From: Aulosira sp. ZfuVER01
Lineage (GTDB): Bacteria; Cyanobacteriota; Cyanobacteriia; Cyanobacteriales; Nostocaceae
Length of the DNA stretch: 64,000 nucleotides
Direction: 5' to 3'
NCBI GenBank assembly: GCA_034530615.2
Contig: JAVRCV020000073.1
Span: 32,001-96,000 of the forward strand
Part shown: positions 10,283-20,521 of the stretch, in pieces
Numbering within the stretch: position 1 is the first letter of the stretch
Layout of the letters: every line of letters starts with the position of its first letter
Position numbers and translations under genes: made by a program
The notes under the pieces: model-generated
Databases searched by the model: none
Seen by the model: the letters and a program-made list of their open reading frames with translations, nothing else
What the model was told of the DNA's origin: nothing

Positions 10283-11617
10283 TTAATTTCGCACCTGAAA
10301 AAACTTTTCGTTAGAACTCTTCACCTTTGATATCCAACCTTTATGCAACTTGAGAATATCTGCATAGGGAATTGTACTTGACGGTATTAAATCTCGCAAA
10401 GGTGGGAAGAAAATCTGAGGAAATAATTTGTTCATTATTCTGGAAAACTTTTCCCTCAAGAGGAACTCTGCAAATAAAATTTTGGATGTCGGAAATACGT
10501 TAGTATCAATTTCCCATAAAGCACGGGCATCTGGTAGGCGGCGAATTGTAAACTGCTCCACAGCATTTGCCCAGTTTTCAGAATACTCATCTAAAAGATT
10601 ATTGAGAATCAGCACATCTTCAAAAGCATTGTTACAACCTTGACCCAGAGATGAAGAAACAGCATGACCCGCATCTCCCATAATTAGCACGCTGTCACCG
10701 TAGTGGTAGCGGTTGCAGCGAGTTCTTAATTGTGTTGAAATCGGTCTTTTGAGGAAAGCTTCTGCTTCTTCTTCAGTGAGTAACTGGCTAACCTCTGGCA
10801 CATTCTGGCGAAAGAATGACATTACCTCTTCTTTACTGGAAAGACTAACTACTTTATTTTTCTTTTTAGGAAAGAAGAGAAGACCAATAAACTTCCCATC
10901 TATCTGGGGAATTGCGCCGAAATTGACACCTTCTTCTATTCTCCAAATATGAAGACAGTTAGATTTTAAGCTCATGCCTGTCTTTTCATTAATACCTGGA
11001 AAGAATAATGTTTTATAGGCAGAGTTGACGTACTTTTGCTCAAATTCAAAAAATTCCGTGTTCATAAAATGCGTTCTTACTACAGAACGCGCGCCATCTG
11101 TACCAATTAATAAGTCATAATTAACGGTAAACTCCTCTTTGTCTTCTGCTAATGCTGGTTCAGTAACTTTTTCAAAGGTTACTGTTTTCTTTTCAAAATT
11201 TATACGACTACACTTACTATTAAAATGAATTCTGAGTTTGCTGTTGTCGAAATTTTCAGTTAGTTGTGACAAAAGAGCAATTACTAAGCTAGTTCGATCT
11301 GTATTAAATGTTGGTTGTTTTTTTAACCAAATCTGTGTCTTACCATTTTTTTTGTGTATGATGTTGGCATGATTCTCTACACACTGACTTTTAACTGCTG
11401 CTTCAAGCCCCTCGATTTTCCTCACAGCACTCAATCCTCTTTCGCTCAAACCATAAGGAATTGTTCTGGAGTTAGAGAGGACAATTTGACGAGGGTCACT
11501 ACGACGCTCATAAATATCAATTTGATATTCACTATCACGACGCAATAAATAATGTGCTAGAAGAACTCCGCAAGGGCCAGCGCCAACTATGACAACTTTC
11601 TTCACTGTTTTCACCAC
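10283..11617 (-). CDS. FAD-dependent monooxygenase (kynurenine 3-monooxygenase-like)
   Basis: GAGPCG Rossmann motif, DLLIGTDGARS, MGDAGHAVSSSLGQGCN. Confidence 0.88.
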   Translation of the reverse strand: MVKTVKKVVIVGAGPCGVLLAHYLLRRDSEYQIDIYERRSDPRQIVLSNSRTIPYGLSERGLSAVRKIEGLEAAVKSQCVENHANIIHKKNGKTQIWLKKQPTFNTDRTSLVIALLSQLTENFDNSKLRIHFNSKCSRINFEKKTVTFEKVTEPALAEDKEEFTVNYDLLIGTDGARSVVRTHFMNTEFFEFEQKYVNSAYKTLFFPGINEKTGMSLKSNCLHIWRIEEGVNFGAIPQIDGKFIGLLFFPKKKNKVVSLSSKEEVMSFFRQNVPEVSQLLTEEEAEAFLKRPISTQLRTRCNRYHYGDSVLIMGDAGHAVSSSLGQGCNNAFEDVLILNNLLDEYSENWANAVEQFTIRRLPDARALWEIDTNVFPTSKILFAEFLLREKFSRIMNKLFPQIFFPPLRDLIPSSTIPYADILKLHKGWISKVKSSNEKFFQVRN

Positions 11618-11689
11618 TATGACTACCAGTGATTACTGTTTCAGTAATTCCAATTATCACAATACCAAATTGTAGGAAACGTCCGCAGG

Positions 11690-11890
11690 CTAAGTTGACA
11701 CACTACCAGCTTGAAAAATCTGTTCGGCGGTTAAATCCAATTCTGGAAAAGTTGGTGATTGGATACTATCTTGACCGCGAAATTTACTTACCCGATACTC
11801 ACCTTCATCCAAACAGCAAACTAAGATAGTAGGTTGTTTAGGTTTCCCAATGAACTCCCTCCCGCCTAAAGCAGCGTAATCTATCGCCTG
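11690..11890 (-). pseudogene. C-terminal fragment of a Uma2-family endonuclease
   Basis: IDYAALGGREFIGKPKQPTI...IQSPTFPELDLTAEQIF is a Uma2 C-terminus; N-terminal PD-(D/E)xK part absent. Confidence 0.7.
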
Positions 11891-11979
11891 AATAGGTATG
11901 AACAACTTCGTAGTCAGGACTTCTCAGTCTTAAATTTTCAAGCACTGAAGTGCTTACTACTAGCCTATCAAAATTCAGT

Positions 11980-14529
11980 TTATTTGGGTTCAGATTTTTG
12001 TTGATAAGTTTGTAATAAATATTCGCCATTAAAATGGATGAGATGACTAGCATTTTCAGCAACCCAAACATCTGTTTCCCAGGCAATATCAGCCAAGTAC
12101 TCTACCATAGCTTTACGACTTAAAAAAGTTGTTACCATTACTAGAGGAATTTTGATCTCAGCAAAGAGAGCCTGAAGTTCTTGCTTTCGCTTAGGGTTAA
12201 TTGGTCCGTGAGAAGTTACTGCCTCAATTAAAACTAACCAATTATTTTTTAAGTGATGAATAATTACATCAGGCATTTTACCGTGAGCATCGACAGTAAC
12301 ACCCAAAGCTTTCAATGCATCTTCATTAAAATGTGCGAATTTTTCATCTGTATCGCCAACATAAATTAACCTTCCACCAGGTGTAAACCGGGGTGCAAAT
12401 TCATTAATAATTTTCTCAATTAAAATATTTTGTCCACCGGGAGATAGCGTTTTCATCTCCCCTTCAATCATGATGGGTATACGTGCTAATTCGCGCTCTT
12501 GAGCATATCTTTGTTTTAAAGTTTCAGCTGATGCTAGGTAAGTGTGAATGCTCTTTTCCCATTCAGAAGTTCCATAAGTACGTAATAATTCCAGTACGCT
12601 TTCTTCAATTTGATATACCGTTTTTGGACTATTAATTGGGCGTTCAGGAGCATCTGGATTGGTAATTATTAAAGCTGCATCTAAAAATTGATGAACTGTT
12701 TGGCGGCGAACAGTTTCCCGCGTATTTGGTTTATATGATTTGCCATAGTGCTGTGCCATGAATTCCATTATGGGTGTGATTCCCATTAAAGGAGATGTAG
12801 CAGCAGACCAAGGCTCGGTCGGCTTTAAGTCAAGTAGAGCCAGAAGGGTTAAGGCTGAACGTTCATTAAGTTGTGCCCGTGGAAATCCAAGTTTTATTAA
12901 TATTTGCAGTGCTTCATCAATGCGAGTTTTAATTATTAAGGGGTTGTTTTCAGGCTGATTTGTCATCCTTAGTAGTTCTTGTACAAGTCGATCAATTTCT
13001 TGCTGTGATGGGAAATCTTCCCCAATACTTAATCCCATAGTTATTAACTGCTCTATCGTTGGATATTTTAAATTACGTAAATCGGTTGCATTAACTTGAG
13101 TATGTCCATTAAATAACCGAAAAAATGCGTCTACTAAGCTGGAGTTAAGATAAGCAGCCAGACCGCGTGCTAGGGTAATATCCAGACCCTTTCCATCTCT
13201 ATGAAAGTAATTTAGGTGATTTTCAAAACCTACCCAATCACAGTTAATTCTGTTGGCATCATATACAATTGCAACAACTCGCTTTTTTTCCTCTTTTGCG
13301 GAGAATCGTTTAGTCAAAACATAGTGTTCGTTTGGTACTAACAGAGAAAAAGTTGCTTCCCCATATACCAAAGCTTGGTGTTTTTTAGTTACCTTGGGAT
13401 GTTCAATATATCCTGCTGATAAATTCAATGGATAAATCAAAGGAACAGTGTTTTTTTCTGGGATTAAACGTAGATATTCTTTAGCCCGGAAATCTACAAC
13501 TCGTCCTGTTGAAACATTTAATCCCAAGTCTTTTAATGTGCAGGTAAAATTCGCCATTTGTTGAATAACCTGCTGACTCAAGGTATCTGGAATAATATGG
13601 ATGAATTGTTGCGTGTCGTTGGGATGAACTATCTCCACATAAGATAAGGAATTGGACATCACAAAATCATCATCAGTACTTGAAGATGTGGTGATGAGTA
13701 CATTGTCAAATTTTTGTTTTTGTTTTATGGCATGAATGATAATAGTTTCTTGTAAAACTTCATCATCGCTGAAAGTTTCTTGTCTAGATTCAAAAAGATG
13801 TATCTGCTCTACAGCCATCATTTCCAAAAACATCTTGCGGAAGTCTTTAAAATACGGGCCATTACAGAAACTACGCGGTGAGATAGCTACAAACTCCCCT
13901 CCTGGCTGAAGAAGTTGAGCTGTAGCAGCCATAAAACCTGTATAGAGATTACTAGTTTCTAATCCCAAAGAACGTAATAAGCCACGCACCTGAGATTGAG
14001 CGTTGATTTTTAAATATGGGGGGTTGAGAATGGCGTGTGTAAATCTTAAATTCTCAGGATCATCGAACAAACTAGGCTGAAGTATTCTGACAGCATCTTG
14101 AATAAAGTCCCGATTCCGGATGTAATATTTCAAGGAAATATTAGCTAGTTGACATTCATTAGCACATAATTCTAATGTATGCTGCAAATAGCTAATGAGA
14201 AAAGGATCGATTTCATAGGCAACAATATTTAAATTTGTTGGGCGTTGTTGCTGCTGACAAAGGTAAGCTACAAACGCCGCAATTAATGAACCAACTCCTG
14301 CACCTGCATCCAGTAAAGATATGTGAGTTAGATTCAGCCTGTTAAACATCCCCGCCATCAATTCCGCTACTGGTGCGGGAGTGAAAAATTGACCGAGTGT
14401 TCCCTTGCGTTTTTGCTCTTGTTTTCGGCTGGCAGTAATCCTCAAAAGGTCTACTTCAGCGAGCAAGTTTCTAGTAGAGCATTCTACCAAGCTGTTAAAT
14501 TTCGGTTCTCTACTGGTTGATTGAAACAT
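11980..14529 (-). CDS. Fused N6-adenine DNA methyltransferase + BsuBI/PstI-family restriction endonuclease
   Basis: N-half: GQFFTP, LLDAGAGVG, NPPY. C-half: LGFPRAQLNERSALTLLALL, YKPNTRETVRRQT, HGKMPDV, LIEAVTSHGP, IAWETDVW. Confidence 0.88.
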   Translation of the reverse strand: MFQSTSREPKFNSLVECSTRNLLAEVDLLRITASRKQEQKRKGTLGQFFTPAPVAELMAGMFNRLNLTHISLLDAGAGVGSLIAAFVAYLCQQQQRPTNLNIVAYEIDPFLISYLQHTLELCANECQLANISLKYYIRNRDFIQDAVRILQPSLFDDPENLRFTHAILNPPYLKINAQSQVRGLLRSLGLETSNLYTGFMAATAQLLQPGGEFVAISPRSFCNGPYFKDFRKMFLEMMAVEQIHLFESRQETFSDDEVLQETIIIHAIKQKQKFDNVLITTSSSTDDDFVMSNSLSYVEIVHPNDTQQFIHIIPDTLSQQVIQQMANFTCTLKDLGLNVSTGRVVDFRAKEYLRLIPEKNTVPLIYPLNLSAGYIEHPKVTKKHQALVYGEATFSLLVPNEHYVLTKRFSAKEEKKRVVAIVYDANRINCDWVGFENHLNYFHRDGKGLDITLARGLAAYLNSSLVDAFFRLFNGHTQVNATDLRNLKYPTIEQLITMGLSIGEDFPSQQEIDRLVQELLRMTNQPENNPLIIKTRIDEALQILIKLGFPRAQLNERSALTLLALLDLKPTEPWSAATSPLMGITPIMEFMAQHYGKSYKPNTRETVRRQTVHQFLDAALIITNPDAPERPINSPKTVYQIEESVLELLRTYGTSEWEKSIHTYLASAETLKQRYAQERELARIPIMIEGEMKTLSPGGQNILIEKIINEFAPRFTPGGRLIYVGDTDEKFAHFNEDALKALGVTVDAHGKMPDVIIHHLKNNWLVLIEAVTSHGPINPKRKQELQALFAEIKIPLVMVTTFLSRKAMVEYLADIAWETDVWVAENASHLIHFNGEYLLQTYQQKSEPK

Positions 14530-14554
14530 TAAGGTTAATTTTCACCGTACAGAA

Positions 14555-14580
14555 GCGATGCCTAGGGCGGTAAACTACGC
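14555..14580. repeat. Short dispersed repeat inserted in a HIP1 site
   Basis: GCGAT-gcctagggcggtaaacta-CGC, i.e. GCGATCGC split by 18 nt. Confidence 0.6.
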
Positions 14581-14609
14581 ACTTTCTTCTCGAATATTAA
14601 GCGATCGCT

Positions 14610-16130
14610 CTATCCTAAAAACAGCTTATAGGCTGGATTTTTGTTTTCATCCCAATAGCGATAACCGAGGGTATCTAAAAATGCTTGCCACTCTGCCATT
14701 TCGTGCGGTGGAACCTGGATACCTACGACAATTCGCCCGTAATCTGCCCCGTTGTTGCGGTAATGGAACATACTAATATTCCAGTTGGGACTCATAGAAC
14801 CAACAAACTTCATTAACGCGCCAGGGCGTTCGGGAAACTCAAAGCGGTAGAGTAATTCATTATCTGCTAACGGAGAATGCCCGCCAACCATGTGGCGCAG
14901 ATGCAATTTTGTCAGTTCGTCGTCGGTTAAGTCGATGGTTTTAAAACCGCAGCCTTCAAAGGTTTCTCGCATCTTTGTTGCATCGGCACGGTTTTGAATC
15001 TGCACGCCGACAAAAATATGTGCTTCAGTTTCATCGGCAATGCGATAGTTAAACTCAGTTAGGTTACGGTTGCCGATACATTCACAAAATTTCCGCAGAC
15101 TTCCCTGTTCTTCGGGAATGGTAACTGCAAAGATGGCTTCGCGGCGTTCCCCAAACTCTGCCCGTTCTGCAACAAAGCGCAGGCGGTCGAAGTTCATGTT
15201 AGCACCGCAGGCGACGGCAATTAAGGTTTGTCCCTCGATTTGCTCTCGTTCGGCGTAGGCTTTAGCAGCTGCGATCGCCAATGCTCCAGCTGGTTCTAAA
15301 ATCGATCGCGTATCTTCAAATACGTCTTTAATGGCAGCACAGGTGTCATCGGTATCTACCAAAATGATTTCATCTACATACTGCTGACACAAGTGGAAGG
15401 TTTCTTCTCCTACTTCTCGTACCGCTACGCCATCGGCAAATAACCCCACCTGGGATAAGCGCACCCGATGTCCGGCTTTTAGCGATTGATTCATCGCGTC
15501 AGCATCCACTGGTTCCACACCAATAATTTTGATTTCTGGACGCAACCGCTTAACATAAGCAGCAATCCCGGCAATTAATCCGCCACCACCAATGGCCACA
15601 AAAATTGCATGGATGGGTTGTTGGTATTGCCGCAAAATTTCCATGCCGATAGTACCCTGTCCGGCAATTACATCTGGATCATCAAAGGGGTGAATAAATG
15701 TGAGTCCCTTTTCTGCTTCCAGTTGACGGGCGTAGGCATAAGCATCGTCGTAGGTATTGCCATGCAACACCACCTGTCCACCTCGTGCTTTGACTGCATC
15801 CACCTTTACCTGGGGTGTAGTTACTGGCATGACAATAATCGCTTGCGTTCCCAAGCGACTGGCAGCTAGAGCAACTCCTTGGGCATGGTTGCCAGCGGAT
15901 GCCGCAATCACACCTTGGGCTAATAAATCCGGTGGCAAATTTACCATCTTGTTATAAGCGCCACGCAGCTTAAAGGAAAATACTGACTGCATATCCTCGC
16001 GCTTGAGCAACAGCTTATTGTTCAGTCTCCGGGAAAGATTTGGGGCATACTCAAGAGGTGTTTCCTGGGCAACATCATATACACGGGCAGTCAGAATTTG
16101 AACCAGGTAATCGCAATACATGAGGGTCAA
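14610..16130 (-). CDS. ilvA: Threonine ammonia-lyase, biosynthetic
   Basis: KREDMQSVFSFKLRGAYN PLP lysine motif, ASAGNHAQG, C-terminal ACT-like regulatory domains. Confidence 0.97.
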   Translation of the reverse strand: MTLMYCDYLVQILTARVYDVAQETPLEYAPNLSRRLNNKLLLKREDMQSVFSFKLRGAYNKMVNLPPDLLAQGVIAASAGNHAQGVALAASRLGTQAIIVMPVTTPQVKVDAVKARGGQVVLHGNTYDDAYAYARQLEAEKGLTFIHPFDDPDVIAGQGTIGMEILRQYQQPIHAIFVAIGGGGLIAGIAAYVKRLRPEIKIIGVEPVDADAMNQSLKAGHRVRLSQVGLFADGVAVREVGEETFHLCQQYVDEIILVDTDDTCAAIKDVFEDTRSILEPAGALAIAAAKAYAEREQIEGQTLIAVACGANMNFDRLRFVAERAEFGERREAIFAVTIPEEQGSLRKFCECIGNRNLTEFNYRIADETEAHIFVGVQIQNRADATKMRETFEGCGFKTIDLTDDELTKLHLRHMVGGHSPLADNELLYRFEFPERPGALMKFVGSMSPNWNISMFHYRNNGADYGRIVVGIQVPPHEMAEWQAFLDTLGYRYWDENKNPAYKLFLG

Positions 16131-16204
16131 GGGGGTAGAGATGCCGGATAGATGATAATTTTACGGCACTTCTGTACCCATGACTGCGGGTATTTTAGCC
16201 GTAT

Positions 16205-17089
16205 TTAATTCATCTGAGTAATGGAATTAGTAGTAGCTAATTTTCTGCCGTAGCTAATAATGGCAAAGCCAGTAAAATTCATAAATAAGCCATAAATAGC
16301 GCCAGGAATGGCCATATCTGGATTATTGAGGAGTCCAGCCGTAATGGCGATCGCTAATGTGGCATTTTGAAACCCAACTTCTATGGCTATACATATTTGC
16401 TGAGAAAAATTGAGTTGGAAGAGTTTGCTGAGAAAAAATCCTGCCAGAGTTGATATGAGATTCAACATCACCACCCCTATACCCACTTGCATAATAAATT
16501 CCGGGAGGCGATTCCACTCTTGAATCAAGAGTAGCAAAATAATGATGGCAAGTAAGGCGATCGCTAGGCGATTAGTTACTTTCTCTAAACGCAAAGCCGT
16601 ATCTGTAAACCTCTGGCGGATAAACATCCCTAACCCAATCGGCACCATTGTAATTAGGAATATCTGTACCATTGTCGAACCAATGGGTAGTGCGATCGCT
16701 GCACTTTGCCCTACAAAATGTTGCAGTGCCAGATTAGCAAATATGGGAATAGTAAAAATGGTGATAATACTACTCAACACTGTGAGAGTCACTGACAACG
16801 CCACATCACCAAGGGCTAGATATGTCACCACATTTGACGATACGCCCCCAGGACATAATGCCACGATAATTAACCCCACTGCGATCGCAGGCTGCATGGG
16901 TACAGTTTTAGCAATCAAAAAGCCAATGATTGGTAAAACTATTAACTGGCTGATTAAGCCAACTGAAACTGCTTTTGGATACTTAGTTACCCGTTGAAAA
17001 TCTTCTGGTTGCAGAGATAAACCCATTCCCAGCATGATAAGAGCCAAGGACAGGGGTAAAATCACGTTAGTTAACAAATTTGCTTGCAT
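16205..17089 (-). CDS. Bile acid:sodium symporter family protein
   Basis: MLGMGLSL, CPGGVSSN, AIEVGFQN motifs; multi-TM. Confidence 0.92.
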   Translation of the reverse strand: MQANLLTNVILPLSLALIMLGMGLSLQPEDFQRVTKYPKAVSVGLISQLIVLPIIGFLIAKTVPMQPAIAVGLIIVALCPGGVSSNVVTYLALGDVALSVTLTVLSSIITIFTIPIFANLALQHFVGQSAAIALPIGSTMVQIFLITMVPIGLGMFIRQRFTDTALRLEKVTNRLAIALLAIIILLLLIQEWNRLPEFIMQVGIGVVMLNLISTLAGFFLSKLFQLNFSQQICIAIEVGFQNATLAIAITAGLLNNPDMAIPGAIYGLFMNFTGFAIISYGRKLATTNSITQMN

Positions 17090-17418
17090 AAAGCAATATA
17101 TCCGGGATACAAAAGAAGTTTACATTAGTCTGTCATCCAGCGTATGCAAGTAATTTTAAAAATCAAATCGGGTTGCTATTTCTCTGTCTTTAAGTAGAAG
17201 ATTCATGATGATTTCTTCGCTAGACTCTACACAAAGATAGATTATTTGATATTGGCTGACTATTTATTCCGTTTTGCAAGTATAGGATTACTATCTGAGT
17301 TTTGAAATATACGTAGGGGCAGCCCTGCGTTGGTTTTAGCTTAGTGGCAAAAGCTATCTGGCTAAATTTTCATTGAATAAATTTTACTTATATTTATAAC
17401 TGGGGGAGTGCAATTGCT

Positions 17419-19341
17419 GTGTCTTCGTCAAAAACTTTTGCAGAGCATGTAGACACTCGGACTGCACCTAGTTTCGAGTTTTTGAAAGAAGTAGGTCAAG
17501 TAGCCGGTGTTACTCTCTTATCAATTACTATGCTGGCAAGTTCTGTTCTGGCTGGAGGACTAGTTGGTTTAGCTGTTAGTTTTCGTAATTTGCCAGATGT
17601 CAGACAACTACGAAATTTCTTACCAGAAGAAACAACTTATATTTATGACATTAAAGGTAAGCTTTTAGCAGGTATACATGGGGAAGCCAACAGAAAGATT
17701 GTACCGCTAGATGAAATTTCTCCAAATTTAAAACGAGCAGTATTAGCTAGTGAAGATAGTCACTTCTACAACCACCACGGTATTAACCCCGCCGGTATTG
17801 GACGTGCTGCGTTAGTCAATTGGGCAGCAGGTAGTGTCCGGGAGGGGGGTTCTACAATCACCATGCAGTTGGTGAAAAATATATTTCTATCTAAGAAGCG
17901 TGCTTTTACTCGAAAAATAGCAGAAGCGGTACTGGCAATTCGGTTAGAGCAAATTTTTGGTAAAGACCGAATTTTAGAAATGTACCTCAATCAAGTTTAC
18001 TGGGGTCACAATAACTATGGTGTGCAAACCGCAGCACGAACTTACTTTAACAAATCAGCAGCAAATTTGACTTTAGGCGAATCTGCAATGATGGCGGGTT
18101 TAATTCAAGCGCCAGAGGAATTTAGCCCGTTTGTCAACATGAAACTGGCAAAACAAAAACAAAAAGAAGTGCTGGGACGGATGCTGGAAATGAAATGGAT
18201 TAGCCAGCAAGAATATAATGATGCTCTCCAGCAAAAAATCAAACTTGGGCAAATCAAGTCATTTCAAGGTAGTGCCCTTCCTTATGTCAGCAATACTGTA
18301 GCGCAAGAACTGATTAGAAAGTTTGGGCGTGATGCATTGCTTAAAGGTGGAATGCGGGTACAAACAACAGTAGACGCCAATTTTCAAAAGATGGCAGAAG
18401 AAACTATTAAGAAGTGGCATACAACCCTTGAAGGTCGGGGGTTAAATAAAAATCAAATGGCTTTAGTCGCTATTGATCCCCGCACTCACTTTATTAAAGC
18501 CCTAGTAGGTGGTATAGATTCAAGATCTGGCGAATTTAACCGAGCAACTCAAGCGCTGCGTCAACCTGGATCTTCTTTTAAGCCATTTGTTTACTACACT
18601 GCTTTTGCTAGTGGTAAATTTGCACCAAATACAACGGTGGTTGATGCTCCAGTTAGCTATCGAGATGGTGATGGTTGGTACTATCCAAGGAACTACGATG
18701 GTGGCTTTATGGGCGCAATGCCAATTCGTACTGCCTTAGCATTGTCTCGGAATGTGCCTGCGGTGAAGATTGGCAAAGCTGTCGGCATGAATAAAGTCAT
18801 CGACACCTGCCGTACTTTGGGAATTACGAGTCCAATGGTGGCTGTAAGTTCTTTACCATTGGGTGCAATTGGTGTGACACCACTGGAAATGGCTAGTGCT
18901 TATGCTACCTTTGCTAATTATGGCTGGCAATCACCTCCAACGGCTATTGTCCGTGTGACTGATAGTACTGGCAATGTATTGTTAGACAATACTCCTAAAC
19001 CTCAGCTAGTTCTTGACCCTTGGGCAGCAGCCGCATTAATAGATGTGCTGCAGACGGTAGTGAAAGAAGGAACTGGTAAAGGTGCTGCACTAGATAGGCC
19101 AGTTGCAGGTAAAACGGGTACAACTTCTTCCGAAAAGGATATTTGGTTTATTGGTTCTGTACCGCAGTTAACAACTGCTATTTGGGTAGGAAGAGATGAC
19201 AACAAACAATTAGCCAGTGGTGCGACAGGTGGAGGTATGGTTACTCCTGTTTGGAAGGATTTTATGGAGAAGGCGCTTAAAGATGTACCAGTAATGAAAT
19301 TTAAACCACCTTCTGAGTTTCCTCGACCTAAGCCCAATTAA
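17419..19341 (+). CDS. Class A penicillin-binding protein (PBP1A family)
   Basis: Transglycosylase EDSHFYNHHG and GGSTITMQL; transpeptidase SSFK, SRN, KTG. Confidence 0.95.
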   Translation: MSSSKTFAEHVDTRTAPSFEFLKEVGQVAGVTLLSITMLASSVLAGGLVGLAVSFRNLPDVRQLRNFLPEETTYIYDIKGKLLAGIHGEANRKIVPLDEISPNLKRAVLASEDSHFYNHHGINPAGIGRAALVNWAAGSVREGGSTITMQLVKNIFLSKKRAFTRKIAEAVLAIRLEQIFGKDRILEMYLNQVYWGHNNYGVQTAARTYFNKSAANLTLGESAMMAGLIQAPEEFSPFVNMKLAKQKQKEVLGRMLEMKWISQQEYNDALQQKIKLGQIKSFQGSALPYVSNTVAQELIRKFGRDALLKGGMRVQTTVDANFQKMAEETIKKWHTTLEGRGLNKNQMALVAIDPRTHFIKALVGGIDSRSGEFNRATQALRQPGSSFKPFVYYTAFASGKFAPNTTVVDAPVSYRDGDGWYYPRNYDGGFMGAMPIRTALALSRNVPAVKIGKAVGMNKVIDTCRTLGITSPMVAVSSLPLGAIGVTPLEMASAYATFANYGWQSPPTAIVRVTDSTGNVLLDNTPKPQLVLDPWAAAALIDVLQTVVKEGTGKGAALDRPVAGKTGTTSSEKDIWFIGSVPQLTTAIWVGRDDNKQLASGATGGGMVTPVWKDFMEKALKDVPVMKFKPPSEFPRPKPN

Positions 19342-19417
19342 AATAATTTGTAATTCGTAATTCGTAATTAAATCCTGTTTCCTTGATATAAGGACTGTTG
19401 GAAAGGGCGGGGTTTCC

Positions 19418-19611
19418 CATACGTGTCAACTTAAGCTTAGAAGCATACAGCGTAAGCCTTTGGGGTTCTCTCTCTTAACACCATAAACTTTTGATCCCCC
19501 CTAACCCCCCTTAAAAAAGGGGGGAATTAGAATCTTAGCCCCCTTTTTAAGGGGGTTGGGGGATCAAATATCTCGATCAACAAAGGGTTTCACGTTAAGT
19601 TGACACCAATG
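19418..19611. mobile_element. MITE with 17-bp terminal inverted repeats and 9-bp target duplication
   Basis: TIRs catacgtgtcaacttaa / ttaagttgacaccaatg; direct repeat ggggtttcc at 19409-19417 and 19612-19620; internal palindrome 19493-19565. Confidence 0.8.
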
Positions 19612-19676
19612 GGGGTTTCCCCCGCCCCTACAGATGCATTCTATTTTAAAATTTGTATACGAATATGGACATGATA

Positions 19677-20276
19677 TTAAACGCGACAAATAGCGAAATT
19701 TCTGCCATTAACTGCGCCTTTCATGCCCAAGACAACAGCTTTTACTCGTTGGTCTGGAGTTCCGTGATGGTGTTTGCTGCCCCAGTCATAATCGCCGATG
19801 TGATAGGCTAGGCTAGCAATTTCTAAAGTGTCGCGCTCATCTAAACTGATATTAGGAATTAACCCTAGATAAACTCCTGCTAAACAATCTGCTTGTAGTT
19901 CTGATATTGGTGTGATTCGTGGTTGAAATCCATAAGCAGTTTGCATAGCATGAGCATATTCATGGGCAACTATATAAGCTAAAGCTGCATCTCCAAATTG
20001 ATATGCCATTTGGATATCTTGCCTAGTGATATATACAGTGTGGTTTAGTTTGCAATAGAGACTACCATAAACACGCCCACAAGGACTACGAAAGCCTCTA
20101 GCAATATTCCAAATTAATTGTGGTGTTGCTTTATAACCATGAATATGTTGAATGCCTGCATATACTCCATCTACAACAGCTTGAGGTGCCCATTCTGCTT
20201 TAACTGGGATATTTGCTAGTACAGATGTCATGCTAATTAGGGCTGTAGTCAATGCTTTGAGTGCTTTCATTCTCAC
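19677..20276 (-). CDS. Secreted neutral zinc metallopeptidase-like protein
   Basis: Signal peptide, AHEYAHAMQ (HExxH), ELQADCLAG, HGTPDQR. Confidence 0.85.
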   Translation of the reverse strand: MRMKALKALTTALISMTSVLANIPVKAEWAPQAVVDGVYAGIQHIHGYKATPQLIWNIARGFRSPCGRVYGSLYCKLNHTVYITRQDIQMAYQFGDAALAYIVAHEYAHAMQTAYGFQPRITPISELQADCLAGVYLGLIPNISLDERDTLEIASLAYHIGDYDWGSKHHHGTPDQRVKAVVLGMKGAVNGRNFAICRV

Positions 20277-20521
20277 CTGGTAATGTTTGCTTCGATTTGA
20301 TGTTATTGGCGCATGAATTTAGGGTGAAATCCCTCAAAGTTTAATGACGAGTTTTCAGGAAAAAAGTGCTTAATCCCAATTTGTAATTCTTAACTAACAA
20401 ATTAGGGTGAGCAATGCCCACCAAAACAGGATAGGTTGGCATAGCACAGCATAGGTATATTTAAGGATTTCAAAATAGCTGTGTTTATAAAGTTTTAAAT
20501 TTTGAGTTTATCGGCAACTAA

